Part shown: one piece after another, positions 62,259 to 64,000 of the stretch
Layout: every line of letters starts with the position of its first letter
How positions within the stretch are numbered: position 1 is the stretch's first letter
Source of the DNA: Eledone cirrhosa
Taxonomy: Eukaryota
Assembly (NCBI GenBank): GCA_964016885.1
Contig: OZ024743.1
Span: 215,574,001 to 215,638,000 of the forward strand
Direction: 5' to 3'
Length of the DNA: 64,000 nucleotides
Translations under genes and position numbers: made by a program
Notes under the pieces: model-generated
Databases searched by the model: none
Seen by the model: only the letters and a program-made list of their open reading frames with translations
Told to the model about the DNA's origin: nothing

Positions 62259-62934
62259 ATGTCTGTTTATATATCTGCCTATACCGTTATTTCTATATAT
62301 CTCTCTATTTATTTGTCTATCTATCTTTCCAGAGAGATAGCTATAACATTCTGACAGTATTTCTATATAATATTAGTTATTATGGTGTTTCGCCTTTGAA
62401 ATGAACAATACAAGCCTACTATGTATACATTCCTGCAGGCGCACTTATATTTTACATGATGAGAAAATGAAAGTAAATAAAACAGAAATCTACAAAAAAT
62501 AGTAAGGAACGAAAAACTAATATTAATTTACTAACGTACACACAATCAAACAAGTACACAACGTATATTGTGAAATTAAATGGGAACCATTATGTGTTTC
62601 CTTTCTTTTACCCTTTTCACCTATCCAATGAAACGATAGATAGGGCTAGGATTAATGTTGAGTTTTGTGTTTTGTTTGTTTTGATATTTTGTAGAGACTA
62701 TTTGTTCCATATATTTGGATTGTTGGATTGTATAGGAAAATTACATTCTATACCGTATGAATTATATTCAGAAAAGCATAGCAATTCATTATACAAATAA
62801 ATACAATGTAAGCATATATCCGTTCGGCCAAGCAGAATATTATTGTGCACAAATATGTGCGAAAACTAATTATGTTTAAGCTTGCTTGAAATTATCTGCT
62901 AAAAAAAATGAAAAAATGCGGAATTACACGTAAA

Positions 62935-63004
<70 letters not shown>

Positions 63005-64000
63005 TATATATATATCATATATATGTGTGTATATATATATACATATATATACATATATATATATATATATAATATATATATATATGGAGATGCAGGGGAT
63101 GATAGAGAGGAACGAATAGGAGAGAGGCATAAAAAGATAAACACAAAGAGAGTGAGTGAACGAGTGTATTCAGTCACTCGCCATTCATAATATAATTGTA
63201 TGTCATTTCATACATTTTTGTATATTTTACGATTTGTTGATCACAGTATCATTTTTGTTACTATCAGCATTGTACTCATATTAGATATTATTACGCTTTA
63301 AAATACAAGGAATATTATATGATGAAATGAATACAAAATATATTGGAAATTGCTTTGTAAATTTTTTTCAAATATATTTTTTAATAACTGCGTCACATAT
63401 CCAGGCACATTTTTCGCTGCAGAGTTAGATATTCTCTGATATCCTATGTTCATATCCTCCACAGTCGGCCGAAAATGTTAATACTGTGTTTCAGAGTTGA
63501 CTAAAAAAGTGCTGCAGAATGCAAAATCCTGTTTCTCCTCGGGGCGGGCATATATTGCCTGTCTAATAGTGTTCCTTTGATAATGCTGTAAATATTTTAA
63601 GAATGACTAGTTCAAATATTGAGAAGAGAAAAGGCAAACTATGGTATATAGTTTTACATATGCAAATACCAAACTGACAAATTAGATGCATGTTCGATGC
63701 CAACAACCTTTAAAATAACCTTAACAGCAGCTATTTGTAATTGAAAACCTTTAACAAATAATTCCTAGCCGAATGGTAATAAACATCATTCAACTTAGCC
63801 AACAGATTGACTCACCACTCGCTTGTTCTTGAATGGAAAGTGCAGCTGTTCAGATGGTCCATTTGCTATCAATTCCCAATGCATAAACGTCGCGGCGTGC
63901 TGTTTCTGATGTTACATAGACACGCACTCTAGTCGGTACAACTTCAGAATTTCCTGTCAGAAAAATATATGTGTATGGATGTGTTTAAATGAAAATCATG

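Overview
AT-rich, microsatellite-saturated eukaryotic DNA, most likely from an octopod cephalopod (inferred from the dispersed SINE). I cannot support any intact host gene; nearly all ORF-track entries are microsatellite artefacts. The window is dominated by (TA)n-inserted Penelope-like retroelements (PLEs; RT plus C-terminal GIY-YIG) of three families, in the typical inverted + tandem pseudo-LTR arrangement. It also holds fragments of RTE and R4/R2-type LINEs, a mariner and a tRNA-type SINE. The most notable content is non-coding. Two unrelated tandem arrays (27371-29467, ~460-530 nt units; 37183-38775, 312 nt units) carry a minimal type-I hammerhead ribozyme (HHR) in every unit and resemble non-LTR retrozymes (circRNA-producing non-autonomous retroelements). 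There are also several 230-550 bp fold-back mini-elements in TA tracts that carry HHR or HHR-like cores and a shared 3' tail motif. All structures were read by eye; no folding, alignment or database search was run.
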